Below, one piece after another: positions 27,969-38,018 of a stretch of DNA of 64,000 nucleotides. Numbering within the stretch: the first letter of the stretch is position 1; each line of letters starts with the position of its first letter. This DNA comes from Candidatus Elulimicrobium sp. Its GTDB lineage: Bacteria > Patescibacteriota > Minisyncoccia > Phycocordibacterales > UBA918. Position numbers and translations under genes: made by a program. The stretch spans positions 1,783 to 65,782 of the forward strand of contig DYNY01000004.1 in the NCBI GenBank assembly GCA_020720815.1, in the 5' to 3' direction. The notes under the pieces were generated by a model. That model ran no database searches. It saw nothing but the letters and a program-made list of their open reading frames with translations, and was not told the origin of the DNA.

Positions 27969-29885
27969 TTAACTTTTCTGCCACAACATTCTTAAACCAT
28001 TTGATACCACCAAAAGCGTTCCACCTTCATGCCCAATAACACCTAAAGGTAGCGGCAATTTCCAAAGTATAGTTACCACCACCATCAATGCCAAAATACC
28101 GATAGCAAAAACTAGGTTTTGCTTAATAATACTATTAGCTTGCATTGAGAGCTTGCGGGCTCGTAGTAAAGCTCCTAAATCATCTGAAAGCAGAGCCACG
28201 TCAGCCGCCTCAAGGGCCACGTCACTACCAGCCGTCCCCATTGCCACCCCCACGTGCGAGGTAGCCAAAGCCGCCGCATCATTTACTCCATCACCGACAA
28301 ATGATACCTTGCCTTCACTACGTAGTTTATTAATTATCGTCACCTTATCAGTAGGCATTAGGTCAGCAAAAATATCCCCCGGCGCAATTCCTATTTCTTT
28401 TCCCATCTCCTCAGCTACAGTTTTATGATCACCAGTCAACATAACGATTCTTTTGATACCTCGCTGTCTAAGCTCGGCAATGGTAGCTTTGGCTGAGGCT
28501 CTAACCGTATCGGATATACCAATCACGCCATACACCACCTCACTACCGACCACAATCGCTGTCTTTCCTTCAGCTTCTAAGTCTTGCAAAGCTTGCTCCG
28601 TTTTATCATCTACATGGACACCGGTCTCGTCTAACATTTTACGATTACCAGCAAAATACCGTCGCCCCTCTTGGGTCACGTAAACTCCTTTACCGGGAAC
28701 CGCTTCTGCTCTTTCTACCGTCGCTGGTGATATACCCATCTCAGCGGCATGATTAAGAATACTCTTAGCAAGTGGGTGCTCTGAATTTGCTTCCAGGGTG
28801 GCAGCGACCTGCATCAGCTGGTGCTCACTCATACTGATAGCCACCACCCTACTTACTTTCATTTTACCTTCAGTCAAGGTACCAGTTTTATCAAAGGCCA
28901 CTATATCTATATTGGCAAAGGTTTCGAGCGCTGCCCCACCCTTAAAGAGCATTCCCCGTTTGGCTGAAGCCGCTAAAGCAGAAAGTATCGCCGCGGGCAC
29001 ACTAATCACAATTGCACATGGACTGGCTACCACCAAAAGGGTGGCTGCCTTATAGAAAGCTTCAGCATACGGTAGACCAAGCAGAATAAAACCACCCAAG
29101 ACAATTAAAGTCCCAAGTAAAACTAGAATCGTATATCTCTCACCAAACCAATCACTAAAACTTTCACTCGGAGAACGTTTAGCCTGGGCCTCGGTTACCA
29201 AACGAATCATTTGGGCCAAAGTAGAATGACTGGACGTTTTAGTTACCTCAACCCGAAGGACACCGTGCCCATTTACTGTTCCCGCAAAAACATTATCCCC
29301 CGGATCTTTATCCACCGGCACTGATTCCCCTGTCATGGATGACTGATCCACCGCACTAATACCACTCAAAATAATCCCATCCACAGGTACTTTTTCTCCT
29401 GGTTTTATCACAACAACCTGCCCAATCTGAAGTGACTCGACTGATACGCGCTCGATTCCCCCGGCTCCGTTCTCCAGATTAGCCTCATCTGGTCTAAGCT
29501 TCATCAAGGCTACCACCGCTCGCTTGGTATTACCCATCGCATACTCTTCCAAAGTCCCAGCCAAACTGAAGAGGAAAAGCAGAATCGCTCCATCCCGTGC
29601 TTCTCCCACCCCCGCCGCCGCGAGCGCGGCCAAGACCATTAGTAAGTCTATATCAAGCTTTTTTTGTAATAGATTTCCTAGTGCCCCCTTGGCTGCCGGT
29701 ATTCCCCCGGCCAGATAGGCTATAACAAAGGCCATTGCTATATACAAAGCCGAACCTTGAGTAAACTGAAAATATACTCCGATTAACAACCCAATCAAAG
29801 TGATAGCGGTTAAAATACCATTTATGTGCAAAGATTTTCGCTCCCCTTCAAGTTCCTCCATCAAAACTTCAGCTGGATTTTTCAT
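27969..29885 (-). CDS. Heavy-metal-translocating P1B-type ATPase
   Basis: DKTGTLT phosphorylation motif, SPC motif in a TM helix (VASPCAIVIS), GDGVNDAAAL hinge, 638 aa. No N-terminal metal-binding domain. Confidence 0.85.
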   Translation of the reverse strand: MKNPAEVLMEELEGERKSLHINGILTAITLIGLLIGVYFQFTQGSALYIAMAFVIAYLAGGIPAAKGALGNLLQKKLDIDLLMVLAALAAAGVGEARDGAILLFLFSLAGTLEEYAMGNTKRAVVALMKLRPDEANLENGAGGIERVSVESLQIGQVVVIKPGEKVPVDGIILSGISAVDQSSMTGESVPVDKDPGDNVFAGTVNGHGVLRVEVTKTSSHSTLAQMIRLVTEAQAKRSPSESFSDWFGERYTILVLLGTLIVLGGFILLGLPYAEAFYKAATLLVVASPCAIVISVPAAILSALAASAKRGMLFKGGAALETFANIDIVAFDKTGTLTEGKMKVSRVVAISMSEHQLMQVAATLEANSEHPLAKSILNHAAEMGISPATVERAEAVPGKGVYVTQEGRRYFAGNRKMLDETGVHVDDKTEQALQDLEAEGKTAIVVGSEVVYGVIGISDTVRASAKATIAELRQRGIKRIVMLTGDHKTVAEEMGKEIGIAPGDIFADLMPTDKVTIINKLRSEGKVSFVGDGVNDAAALATSHVGVAMGTAGSDVALEAADVALLSDDLGALLRARKLSMQANSIIKQNLVFAIGILALMVVVTILWKLPLPLGVIGHEGGTLLVVSNGLRMLWQKS

Positions 29886-29975
29886 TTCCTTATAATACCT
29901 CCCAAACGGCTTATTTTCAACGTATTATTACCTGAAATTAACAGACAATTATCTCATTATGCTATAATTTTCTAT

Positions 29976-30257
29976 ATGTCAGCCGAACAAGCAAAATTTT
30001 TCAGTGATAAAGGTGCAATATCGTTTGATGCCTGGTCTTTGGATGAACTTAGAGCTGAAGTAAGGGGTCTTTATAAAGGTTACCCAGACACATCAGTAGC
30101 TACTCGACAAGAATTAATTGAAGTACTAGAAGGAAATAGACATGTATCAGATTTAACGGTGAAAAAAGCAGACGAGACTGTAAAACTAGAATACAAAATT
30201 AAAGAGACCGAAAGACCTACCAAAAAACCCTGGTGGCAAACCGGCCAATATGAATAA
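29976..30257 (+). CDS. Hypothetical protein
   Basis: ORF from the internal ATG (MSAEQAKFF..). The upstream part of the tracked ORF overlaps the ATPase gene. Confidence 0.3.
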   Translation: MSAEQAKFFSDKGAISFDAWSLDELRAEVRGLYKGYPDTSVATRQELIEVLEGNRHVSDLTVKKADETVKLEYKIKETERPTKKPWWQTGQYE

Positions 30258-31263
30258 TTACATGATTAACCCCGAAGCTCCTTCCTCACCTCAAGAAGTA
30301 GGTCTACCAGAAAATATTGAAGCTTCAAACGCTGATGGGTCTTTGACAGAAGAACCAATGCCTGATTATAGAATTGACAAAACGGAACCAATGCCTGTCG
30401 AAACTATTTTTAATCCGGAGAAAGAAAGAATTCCCTCACCTAGGACTGAAGCGGCCAGAGCCTTAACTGCTGTAGTAAATCTATTAGTTAAAGGTCAGTT
30501 TGAAAGTAATTCGATAAATAAACAGTATCACACTGACCACATCGACATTGAGTATATGAAGGCTGTAAAACCACAAGACCAAGTGGAACGTGATTTATTT
30601 TTCGCCTCAATAAACCCAACCTTAGTTAAATTTGAAAAACTTGGCCTGGGTAGTTACCAGAATATTTTGAATGCTGCCAATCCACATGCCTGGAAAACAA
30701 ATGAGGGAGAGACTGAGCCAACATTTACTGCCCTTTTAGTACCTTGGGAATATAGTGCTGGCGAAAATTATAAACCAAGAATAGATATTCGAGCACTAAC
30801 GGAATATGTCGAAAGCATGTCAGAAGATACAGAACCAGCCCAAAACAAGAAAGCGCAAGCAAGATTACAGCTAGATACGCTTAAAGCTTACATGGAAAAT
30901 GAAGTGCTGAATCCTACCCCTAGAGAGAAAAGATTTGAAAAAGTCAGTGAGGAAAATCTAGCAACACTAAAAGAAGATCTGGACTTGATTAGTGAAAATA
31001 TGATTGAGAACATTAGTGCCATAACAACTAAAGACGAGGCAGACGGTGACATGATCCGGCTATTTGTAATTAACACTTCGGCTAGAATCTCAATCTTAAT
31101 TAAATCAATCATTAAAAACACTGACGTAGCAATCGATACAGACAGGACTCTTTATCCAGAATTCTGGGAAATGTGTAAGAAACATGAAAGGATTTACCCA
31201 GCCATAGGAACTTGCAATCGAATTACCGGAATTGTCCGCCATGACATAGAGATGAAATACTAA
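30250..31263 (+). CDS. Hypothetical protein
   Basis: 337 aa ORF with native-like composition, followed by a terminator hairpin. Confidence 0.4.
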   Translation: MNNYMINPEAPSSPQEVGLPENIEASNADGSLTEEPMPDYRIDKTEPMPVETIFNPEKERIPSPRTEAARALTAVVNLLVKGQFESNSINKQYHTDHIDIEYMKAVKPQDQVERDLFFASINPTLVKFEKLGLGSYQNILNAANPHAWKTNEGETEPTFTALLVPWEYSAGENYKPRIDIRALTEYVESMSEDTEPAQNKKAQARLQLDTLKAYMENEVLNPTPREKRFEKVSEENLATLKEDLDLISENMIENISAITTKDEADGDMIRLFVINTSARISILIKSIIKNTDVAIDTDRTLYPEFWEMCKKHERIYPAIGTCNRITGIVRHDIEMKY

Positions 31264-31296
31264 GAAAAACCTGTCTTTAAAAGACAGGTTTTTCTT
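31264..31296 (+). terminator. Rho-independent terminator (aaacctgtctt/aagacaggttt plus a T-run), bidirectional
   Basis: Hairpin followed by tttttctt. Lies between convergent genes. Confidence 0.7.
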
Positions 31297-31311
31297 AGTA
31301 GGACCTATTTT

Positions 31312-32556
31312 CTACCACTCACCGAGTGCGTCATCAATAAGGTCTAGGGCTTCGTCTATTAAATCTTCCGCTTCATTATCATCCCTATCATCAATTGCAT
31401 CCCGTGCATCATCTAATAATCCTTCTGCTTCGTCTAGCATATCTTCCGCATCGCCAACATCATCTCCATCATCAATTGCATTATCGACATCATCCCAAGC
31501 ATCATCTAGGTCATTGAATGCCTGATCCAAGTCGTCCTCAACCCCACTACTACTTGCCCCAATAGCATCCTCGGCTTCGTCTAGTAAGTCTAGGGCTTCA
31601 TTTGCTAAATCCCCAGCTTCACTATAGTCACCATCATCATAAGCTACTTCAACTTCATCTAACAAATCCAGAGCTTCATCTAGCAAATTTTGAGCTTCAT
31701 CTGTTTCCTCACCATCTTCATTTGCTAAATCAATTTCATCTTCTACTTCAGTTACTCTGTCTTCTACCTCATTAAGTGAATCTTTGGCATCGGACTTGGC
31801 CGAATTAACTCCTACTTCATCTAGCGACTTTTCTGTCCATTTATATGAACTACTTAATCGTTTATTAGCCTTATCATAATCCTCATTTAGGTAAGCTCTC
31901 AAACCATCAAACAAATCTTCTTTAGCTGACTCCAAAAGATCCTCCGCATCACTCTTGGCCGTGGCATCTTCAGAATCATCTATAGCACTCTCTATCTCTT
32001 TAAAAGCATCAAGGATATCTGACATCAAATCGCGCATATCAGACGCTTCACTATTACTCTCTACTGTATCATTCACTTCTTCTTCGATATCATCAACGGT
32101 AGTAGGATTATCTTCAGCATTAGCTTTAACTTGCAAAGCTTTCACTTGGGCTAATAACTGATCCACCAAAGCGTCACCATTAGTGGAAGAAACCGGGACA
32201 CTTGTGCCATTAACCAGAGATTGGAAAACTGCTCGTGAACGAGTGCCAAAATACCCCACGGCTGGTGAAATATTATTGGCTTTTTGCCAAGCTATGACCG
32301 CCGCTTCAGTTAATGATTTGTATTCACCAGTCTCTTTACCTGGTGCACCGGCTCCACTTTTTGCAATTACAAAACCGTTACCATTAAGATATTTTTGTAA
32401 GCATAATACGTCCTCACCTGTTACTCCCATCTCTAAATTTCTTGTAATTTCGCAACTGGCCGCCTGTGTACTGCCCGGTATCATTAATGCCAATACCCCA
32501 CAAACTCCCATCACAAGCATGAACGATATGTTATTCTTATTTTTTTCAATTTTCAT
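31312..32556 (-). CDS. Secreted protein with a putative peptidoglycan-binding domain and a long, highly acidic D/E-rich repetitive C-terminal region
   Basis: Signal peptide. LCLQKYLNGNGFV...AAVIAWQKANNI resembles a PG_binding_1 domain. The C-terminal region of about 250 aa is dominated by D/E/L/A repeats (LLDEA.., DDxDD). Confidence 0.5.
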   Translation of the reverse strand: MKIEKNKNNISFMLVMGVCGVLALMIPGSTQAASCEITRNLEMGVTGEDVLCLQKYLNGNGFVIAKSGAGAPGKETGEYKSLTEAAVIAWQKANNISPAVGYFGTRSRAVFQSLVNGTSVPVSSTNGDALVDQLLAQVKALQVKANAEDNPTTVDDIEEEVNDTVESNSEASDMRDLMSDILDAFKEIESAIDDSEDATAKSDAEDLLESAKEDLFDGLRAYLNEDYDKANKRLSSSYKWTEKSLDEVGVNSAKSDAKDSLNEVEDRVTEVEDEIDLANEDGEETDEAQNLLDEALDLLDEVEVAYDDGDYSEAGDLANEALDLLDEAEDAIGASSSGVEDDLDQAFNDLDDAWDDVDNAIDDGDDVGDAEDMLDEAEGLLDDARDAIDDRDDNEAEDLIDEALDLIDDALGEW

Positions 32557-32637
32557 ATGTTATTAGTATACCTTAGTAATAACAGGTTATAGACCTCAAC
32601 CTTTCGAATAGATATTAAATATTTGTTTAATTAAGTC

Positions 32638-33903
32638 TCAAGAAAGATACGGTAAACGCACCCTAAAGCTTGTGCCAATATTTTCTTGTGATGTAACAAC
32701 TATAGTACCGCCCAGTTTCTGAACTGACTGCTTAACGATATATAATCCCAAACCAGTACCAACCGCTTGATGCGAATAAGCATTTCTGGCTCGGAAAAAC
32801 TTGGTAAATAATTTACCAAGTTCATCAGCCGGAATACCTATACCACTGTCGGATACCGTAATAATTATCTCATTATCAATAAGTTCATACTGATATTTGA
32901 TTTTTCCTTCCGGCGGTACATATTTAACAGCGTTAGAAAGTAAGTTACTTATGATTATGTGTAACAGACGGGGATCACTAACAAAATTAAGGTTGGGTGG
33001 ATTTTCGGTACGCTCAAAAAAAATTTTATTCTCAACCAATTTCTGATCATATTCATCTACGATGGCATCTAAAAATACAGTTAGATCTATTACTTCAGCA
33101 GTTGTCGCAAAAGTGCCCATCTCTAGTTTTGAAACATTGAGAAAGTCGTTTATCAGAGCCAGCATACGCATCACGTTTCGGTCAATTTTAGTTAAGTATT
33201 TAGCTTGTGCTTCAGTTTTTGTTGCCTCTAAACTACGCACTAACAATTCTACATTCCAGCGAATAGCTGCTATAGGAGTACGCAACTGATGAGTTGCCAA
33301 AGCCACGAAATCTGTCTTAGCTGCATCAACCGCTTTTTGATGGGTGATATCAATCATTGATACCAATCTTTGTTCTCCTAATTCGTAAACATAGACTGAT
33401 AATAACAGCCAACGTAATGATCCCTTTTCGGTATGAAGCTGTATTTCTTGATCAACAATCGTATGGTCTGAAAAAAGCTTACCTAGGATAATAGATAAGT
33501 CATTCTCGTCTTCTAATGACAAATAATCACTAAAACGCAAACCTAAAATTTTGTCATTAGTAGTTTCAAACAGTCTGACAGCGGCTGGATTGTACATCAC
33601 TACACGACCACCAGCATCCAAAGATATATAAGGTATCGGGCTTCTTTCATACAAAGAAACAAACTGTTCACTGGAGACTAGAGATATTTGGGTCTGCTTA
33701 TTTCTTAATTGTTCATTAGTTTTAGCAAATAATGACTGAATAACAACTACGGCTATGACCTGAAGTAAAAAAGCACCAAACAAAATTGGCGAGACTTGTT
33801 GTGGCGATTCAGTAAAAAACCAAATGAACACCGGAATAACCAAGACCAGAAACGAAAACAAATAAAAAATAAAACGCAACGATGTTCGCACTACTTTAAT
33901 CAT
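32638..33903 (-). CDS. Sensor histidine kinase (TM, PAS-like, HisKA, HATPase_c)
   Basis: H-box ATHQLRTPIAAI, N/G-box region LSNAVKY..SDSGIGI..GTGLGL, two N-terminal TM helices. Confidence 0.85.
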   Translation of the reverse strand: MIKVVRTSLRFIFYLFSFLVLVIPVFIWFFTESPQQVSPILFGAFLLQVIAVVVIQSLFAKTNEQLRNKQTQISLVSSEQFVSLYERSPIPYISLDAGGRVVMYNPAAVRLFETTNDKILGLRFSDYLSLEDENDLSIILGKLFSDHTIVDQEIQLHTEKGSLRWLLLSVYVYELGEQRLVSMIDITHQKAVDAAKTDFVALATHQLRTPIAAIRWNVELLVRSLEATKTEAQAKYLTKIDRNVMRMLALINDFLNVSKLEMGTFATTAEVIDLTVFLDAIVDEYDQKLVENKIFFERTENPPNLNFVSDPRLLHIIISNLLSNAVKYVPPEGKIKYQYELIDNEIIITVSDSGIGIPADELGKLFTKFFRARNAYSHQAVGTGLGLYIVKQSVQKLGGTIVVTSQENIGTSFRVRLPYLS

Positions 33904-33977
33904 ACCATCTGCCAGAACAGAAAATCTAAGATTATTGGGTTTTTTCGAGCTTATCTAGATATGATATTATTTGGTTA

Positions 33978-34349
33978 ATGGAAACAAAAAAAATCTTAAT
34001 TGTGGAAGACGAAACCGATATTCGAGAAGCCATGGCTGAAGCCATTATTGACGCAGGCTTCATTACTTTAACTGCCAAAAATGGTCAAGTTGGTTTACAA
34101 ATTGCACTTAAAGAACGCCCGGACTTAATTTTACTCGATTTAATGATGCCGGTTTTAAATGGACACGAAACACTCAAAAAACTTCGGGAAGATGCCTGGG
34201 GTAAAAACGCAAAAGTAATTGTTCTAACTGCTATGGATGATGTGACTAACATAGCCACTGCCCATCAAAATCCAATCGAGGACTACATAATAAAAGCCCA
34301 CACTAGTCTTGAAGAACTAATTAAAAAAATTCGACTAGCTTTAATTTAA
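33978..34349 (+). CDS. Single-domain response regulator (CheY-like receiver)
   Basis: ILIVEDE..LILLDLMMP (phospho-acceptor Asp) ..KVIVLTA. 123 aa with no output domain. Confidence 0.85.
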   Translation: METKKILIVEDETDIREAMAEAIIDAGFITLTAKNGQVGLQIALKERPDLILLDLMMPVLNGHETLKKLREDAWGKNAKVIVLTAMDDVTNIATAHQNPIEDYIIKAHTSLEELIKKIRLALI

Positions 34350-34392
34350 CAAAACGACCACTTTCATAAATGAAAGTGGTCGTTTTGTTTTA
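34350..34392. terminator. Bidirectional terminator hairpin (aaacgaccactttcat/atgaaagtggtcgttt) flanked by T-runs
   Basis: Perfect 16-bp stem between convergent genes. Confidence 0.75.
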
Positions 34393-34402
34393 ATACTTCA
34401 AA

Positions 34403-35008
34403 TTATTTAACTTTTTTGACAGCCTTCTTAGCTACTTTTTTGACTTTCTCAATTTTTAGCTTTCGCTCTTTTTTAAGCAAAACTTCAGCTTCGACTGTTT
34501 CGGCTTTAGACTCAGCTATTTCTTTAGCCACCTTCGCTATTGGTGGATTCACAAAACCAAGAATCCGGTTTAGTTGCAGTTCAATCTTTGCTAAGTGTTG
34601 CTTAACTACCTCAAGCTCTCGCTCAACATTTACACCTGAAGCAGAAACCTGGTACTGTCGTTCGGGTTTTTGATAAGTCGAAGTATCAGTGCGGTTATTA
34701 TTTCTAAAACCATCATTTCTATTGCCTCCACGTTCCTCTCGGGCATTATCATCGCGACCCTTACCAAAACAGGTTGAACAATAAACTGGCCTTTCACCGT
34801 TTGGTCTAAAAGGTACCTCACAACTATTCCCACAAGTACTACAGACAGCGGAAAAAAGTTCTTGCCCACTTGATCGTCCGCCAAACTTAGGACCCCGATC
34901 AAAACCTACACCGCCATTACCAACCCGTCCCTGACCAAACTTTGGTCTTCCACCAAAATCGTTACTTTTCTTTTTATAATCACTAAACCCGTCTTTGAAG
35001 TTTTTCAT
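34403..35008 (-). CDS. Zinc-ribbon protein with G/R-rich and K-rich low-complexity regions
   Basis: CSTCGNSC..x16..CSTCF (CxxC-CxxC), RGG/GR-rich N-terminal half, C-terminal KKVAKKAVKKVK tail. Confidence 0.4.
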   Translation of the reverse strand: MKNFKDGFSDYKKKSNDFGGRPKFGQGRVGNGGVGFDRGPKFGGRSSGQELFSAVCSTCGNSCEVPFRPNGERPVYCSTCFGKGRDDNAREERGGNRNDGFRNNNRTDTSTYQKPERQYQVSASGVNVERELEVVKQHLAKIELQLNRILGFVNPPIAKVAKEIAESKAETVEAEVLLKKERKLKIEKVKKVAKKAVKKVK

Positions 35009-35067
35009 AATTTAATTATAACACAATTTAATTATTTTGGCAAAACACTACACAAATTTTTCTTTTC

Positions 35068-35583
35068 CTAACCCAACCCTACGTCTAACATCATCATCAC
35101 CACAAAACCCGCTAGCGCCCCCATGGTAGCCAAGTCGGTATGCCCACCCCGCTGAGATTCCGGTATCAACTCCTCAATCACCACAAACATCATCGCTCCC
35201 GCCGCAAAGTTGAGCGCATAAGGTAATACCGGCGCCGCTACCATTATCAAAGCTGCTCCCGCAACCGCTGCAACAGGCTCTACTATGCCGGAAAATTGCC
35301 CATACATAAAACTTTTCATACGACTAAAGCCTTCTCTTCGTAGTGGTACCGCAATAGCTGTCCCTTCCGGAAAATTTTGGATTCCAATACCAATAGCGAG
35401 AGCTATTGCACCAGCTAAAGTAGCATTTTCAAGATTTAAATAAGCCGCGCCAAAAGCCACTCCAATCGCTAAACCTTCTGGAATATTATGTAAAGTAATG
35501 GCAGAAACCAAAAGCACACTGTGAACCGTAATCCGCAGGACTCTGGTGGGTTTCTCAAAAGAGAAAGAGTTCGGCGACGGCAA
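35068..35583 (-). pseudogene. ZIP-family metal transporter, apparently N-terminally truncated (C-terminal ~170 aa only)
   Basis: [11 protein letters not shown] and [14 protein letters not shown] signature motifs are present, but the roughly 80-90 aa holding the first three TM helices are missing. The upstream sequence is a GC-rich foreign fragment. Confidence 0.5.
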
Positions 35584-36053
35584 TCCGTGAACGGCCGTGC
35601 ATGAGCCTAGACTCAGGAGTAAGTATAGTAAAAAGTTGTCTGATTTTCATATAAAAAGAAATCAGGGTTACCCACGCTGTGGATAACCCTGAAATTTTTT
35701 ACCGCGAATTCAATAATCAAAAGAAAGGATTCAAAAGACTCAAGAATTCAAGGCACGAGGATCACTTCTGCGGAACGAAAGCCGAGGCAGACCAGCAGTG
35801 GGCACAGGCATCGTCGACCCAGTAGCCACCGAACCTGACCTGACCGTCGTTGAAGCAGAAGAACGGGGCGAGCGAGAAGACGCCATCAGCGTCCGGAGCA
35901 TATTCGTCGCCAGCGCAGTCGATCCAGAGATCGTCATAGTGCTGGAGCCGTTCCGGATGCGTCAGGAGCATGATCCCGATGGCGAATGCCCCGAGGTCGA
36001 ACTCGTTCCCGGCGATACATGCAAATTACAACAGAAAATATCAGAAAACCCAA

Positions 36054-36095
36054 CTAGGACTTGAACCGACTAAATGGCTTTAAATAAAGATATTT
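36054..36095. repeat. Degenerate third copy of the tRNA-Gln-T-arm-like repeat (ctaggacttgaacc...)
   Basis: About 65% identical to the repeats at 39001-39056 and 43240-43295, in the same orientation. Confidence 0.35.
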
Positions 36096-36142
36096 TATTT
36101 TTGAAAAAAATCACAAAAGTTCATGCCCATGACGGGTCTTAC

Positions 36143-37150
36143 TTAAAATTGAGCAAAGATCCTTTTATTCAAGCCATCAATTCGAACTTTATTGCCATAT
36201 GGCATTGGTATTTGGGGGTCGGTGTGTCCAAAATTCATATTTTGGATCACCGGAATCTCGACATTGTATTGTCGAACTGCTCGAAGTACTGTTTCTTGTT
36301 GTTGTTTTTGATATTCCACTTTCTGCTCTAGCGAATGTGATTTATCAAATTCCCAAGCTTTTGCTCTACCCACTAATACCCCTTGCACTCGTTCTAAAAC
36401 ACCTCGCTCGCCAAGTGAGCGAAAGACTCTAAACACGTAGTCTGCGGATGGTATTTCTTCGGACGTTTCAAGCATAAGTACAATATTCTCAAACTGCTCG
36501 AGTGCTGGAATCTGTACCCCATGCCGAAGCATTTCATCAACTGACTCCACACATCCACCCCAAAGTACTCCCTCAGTATTTTTGTTACCGTCCCAAATAA
36601 ATCCTTCGTTTTGCCAATGCTGTCTTTTGGTCTTTAATAATGGCACATCATCCCAATCAAGACCTTGATCGTTGTATGTATCTGATGCAATTAATTCAAA
36701 CTCCCTTTCTTCGAACAGGGCGTGTTTAATATACCTAACTGTATATTCATCCATCTCCCCTTGCATTGCAAATTGAGTAAACAGTGAACCACTGTAGCAT
36801 GACGGAATGCCGTTCAAGAAAAGAAAGTTACAAAAAATGGGAATTGTCACTATAGCCAAAAAATGGCTTTGGATTATTCACGAAAGGTTCAGATGGAAGA
36901 TTCATTATATACGTCACTTGGTCATCACCACCAATGGTAGCAATCACTGCTTTGATATCTGAATCTTCAAATGCAGCAACGAGATCTGCTGAACGCTCCT
37001 CGGCAGAAGCACCCAGTTTGGATGTAGTAGGATATTCAACTGGCACTAGACCAAAGACTGTTTCGAGCCGTTCAAGTCCAAGTTTGTATACATCGGGGAA
37101 ACGCCCAAAGCAGCAAAACTTGGTGAGAGAACAGTTACCTTATTTCCTTT
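36143..37150 (-). pseudogene. LD-carboxypeptidase (peptidase S66, LdcA/MccF-like) disrupted by two frameshifts
   Basis: Three consecutive reading frames carry MKFSKLVKGNKVTVLSPSFAA, then FPDVYKLGLERLETVFGLVPVEY...GYSDNSHFL (GYSD nucleophile motif), then the C-terminal 238 aa. The shifts fall in homopolymer runs (ttcccc, aaaaaa). Confidence 0.55.
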
Positions 37151-37184
37151 GACTAACTTAGAAAATTTCATATTCATAAAATAT

Positions 37185-37724
37185 TTAATTACTGGACTTC
37201 AAGTACTCCTCCAAAAAACTAATCTCTCTTTTCAAAATAAAATGTCCTTCAAATTTAGCCGGTATATCTGTCTTCATTTTCGCCAACACTTCTGTCGGTG
37301 GGAGCCAGAGAGTTTCATGACCCTCTTCTATTTCACCTTCTTCTAATGCAGGTTCGCCAATTTCACCAACCACTTCTGCTACATAACAATATGAGATATG
37401 AAGTAGCTTGTATTTATTTCGATATTCAATTGTTATACCAATGGGGCGGATGATACTACAACCACAACCAACCTCTTCTTTTACCTCTCGTTTAAGTGCT
37501 TCTTCAATAGATTCACCAACATCAACACCACCACCTGGTAGTTTGTGATATGTATAGGTCTTTAGATACTGGGTAGCCATTTGACCTTGCTGATTAAGCA
37601 ATATCACTCGAGCACTTTTGCGTAACTGATACTCTGATCCAAGAAGTTCAAACTGATCACTGAATCCAAGTGTACCTTCGCTGATTTCGGCAAGTAATTT
37701 CATGACAATCATTATAGCAAACAC
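37185..37724 (-). CDS. NUDIX hydrolase
   Basis: Nudix box GGVDVGESIEEALKREVKEEVG. Confidence 0.8.
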   Translation of the reverse strand: MFAIMIVMKLLAEISEGTLGFSDQFELLGSEYQLRKSARVILLNQQGQMATQYLKTYTYHKLPGGGVDVGESIEEALKREVKEEVGCGCSIIRPIGITIEYRNKYKLLHISYCYVAEVVGEIGEPALEEGEIEEGHETLWLPPTEVLAKMKTDIPAKFEGHFILKREISFLEEYLKSSN

Positions 37725-37889
37725 AATCCTTTAACACACTTGATGGTCTAGAACACGAAACTATTTTATGGCTCAAAATAAAATTATTTGATTTTAAGCA
37801 GATTTAGCAAAAGCTCGAGTCCATGACTCGTTCTGAATAAACGTTGTAAAATATAGCGATTTTAGGAGACACGGTCTATCTTAGATGAC

Positions 37890-37930
37890 TGCTGGCTGTA
37901 TGGAACGATGTTAGAACTTTTTTGGTAGTG
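37890..37930. repeat. Direct repeat (copy a) flanking the NYN pseudogene
   Basis: tgctggctgtatggaacgatgttagaacttttttg matches 38551-38592 at about 90%. Confidence 0.5.
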
Positions 37931-37973
37931 GGCACTTGATTGTTTATTATAACTAAGGTAAATTATATACATT

Positions 37974-38016
37974 ACGACGAAAAGGGGCCCAAACGGTTAA
38001 TTACCTAAGGCCCCCT
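37974..38016 (-). terminator. Hairpin (aaaaggggcc...ggccccctttt) plus a T-run downstream of the NYN gene
   Basis: GC stem with an 18-nt loop. On the minus strand it is followed by tttttcg. Confidence 0.45.
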
Positions 38017-38018
38017 TT

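Noticed and set aside
36934-37152. 72-aa plus-strand ORF
   Set aside because: Antisense to the 5' part of the LdcA pseudogene, where the better-supported minus-strand reading is MKFSKLVKGNKVTVLSPS.
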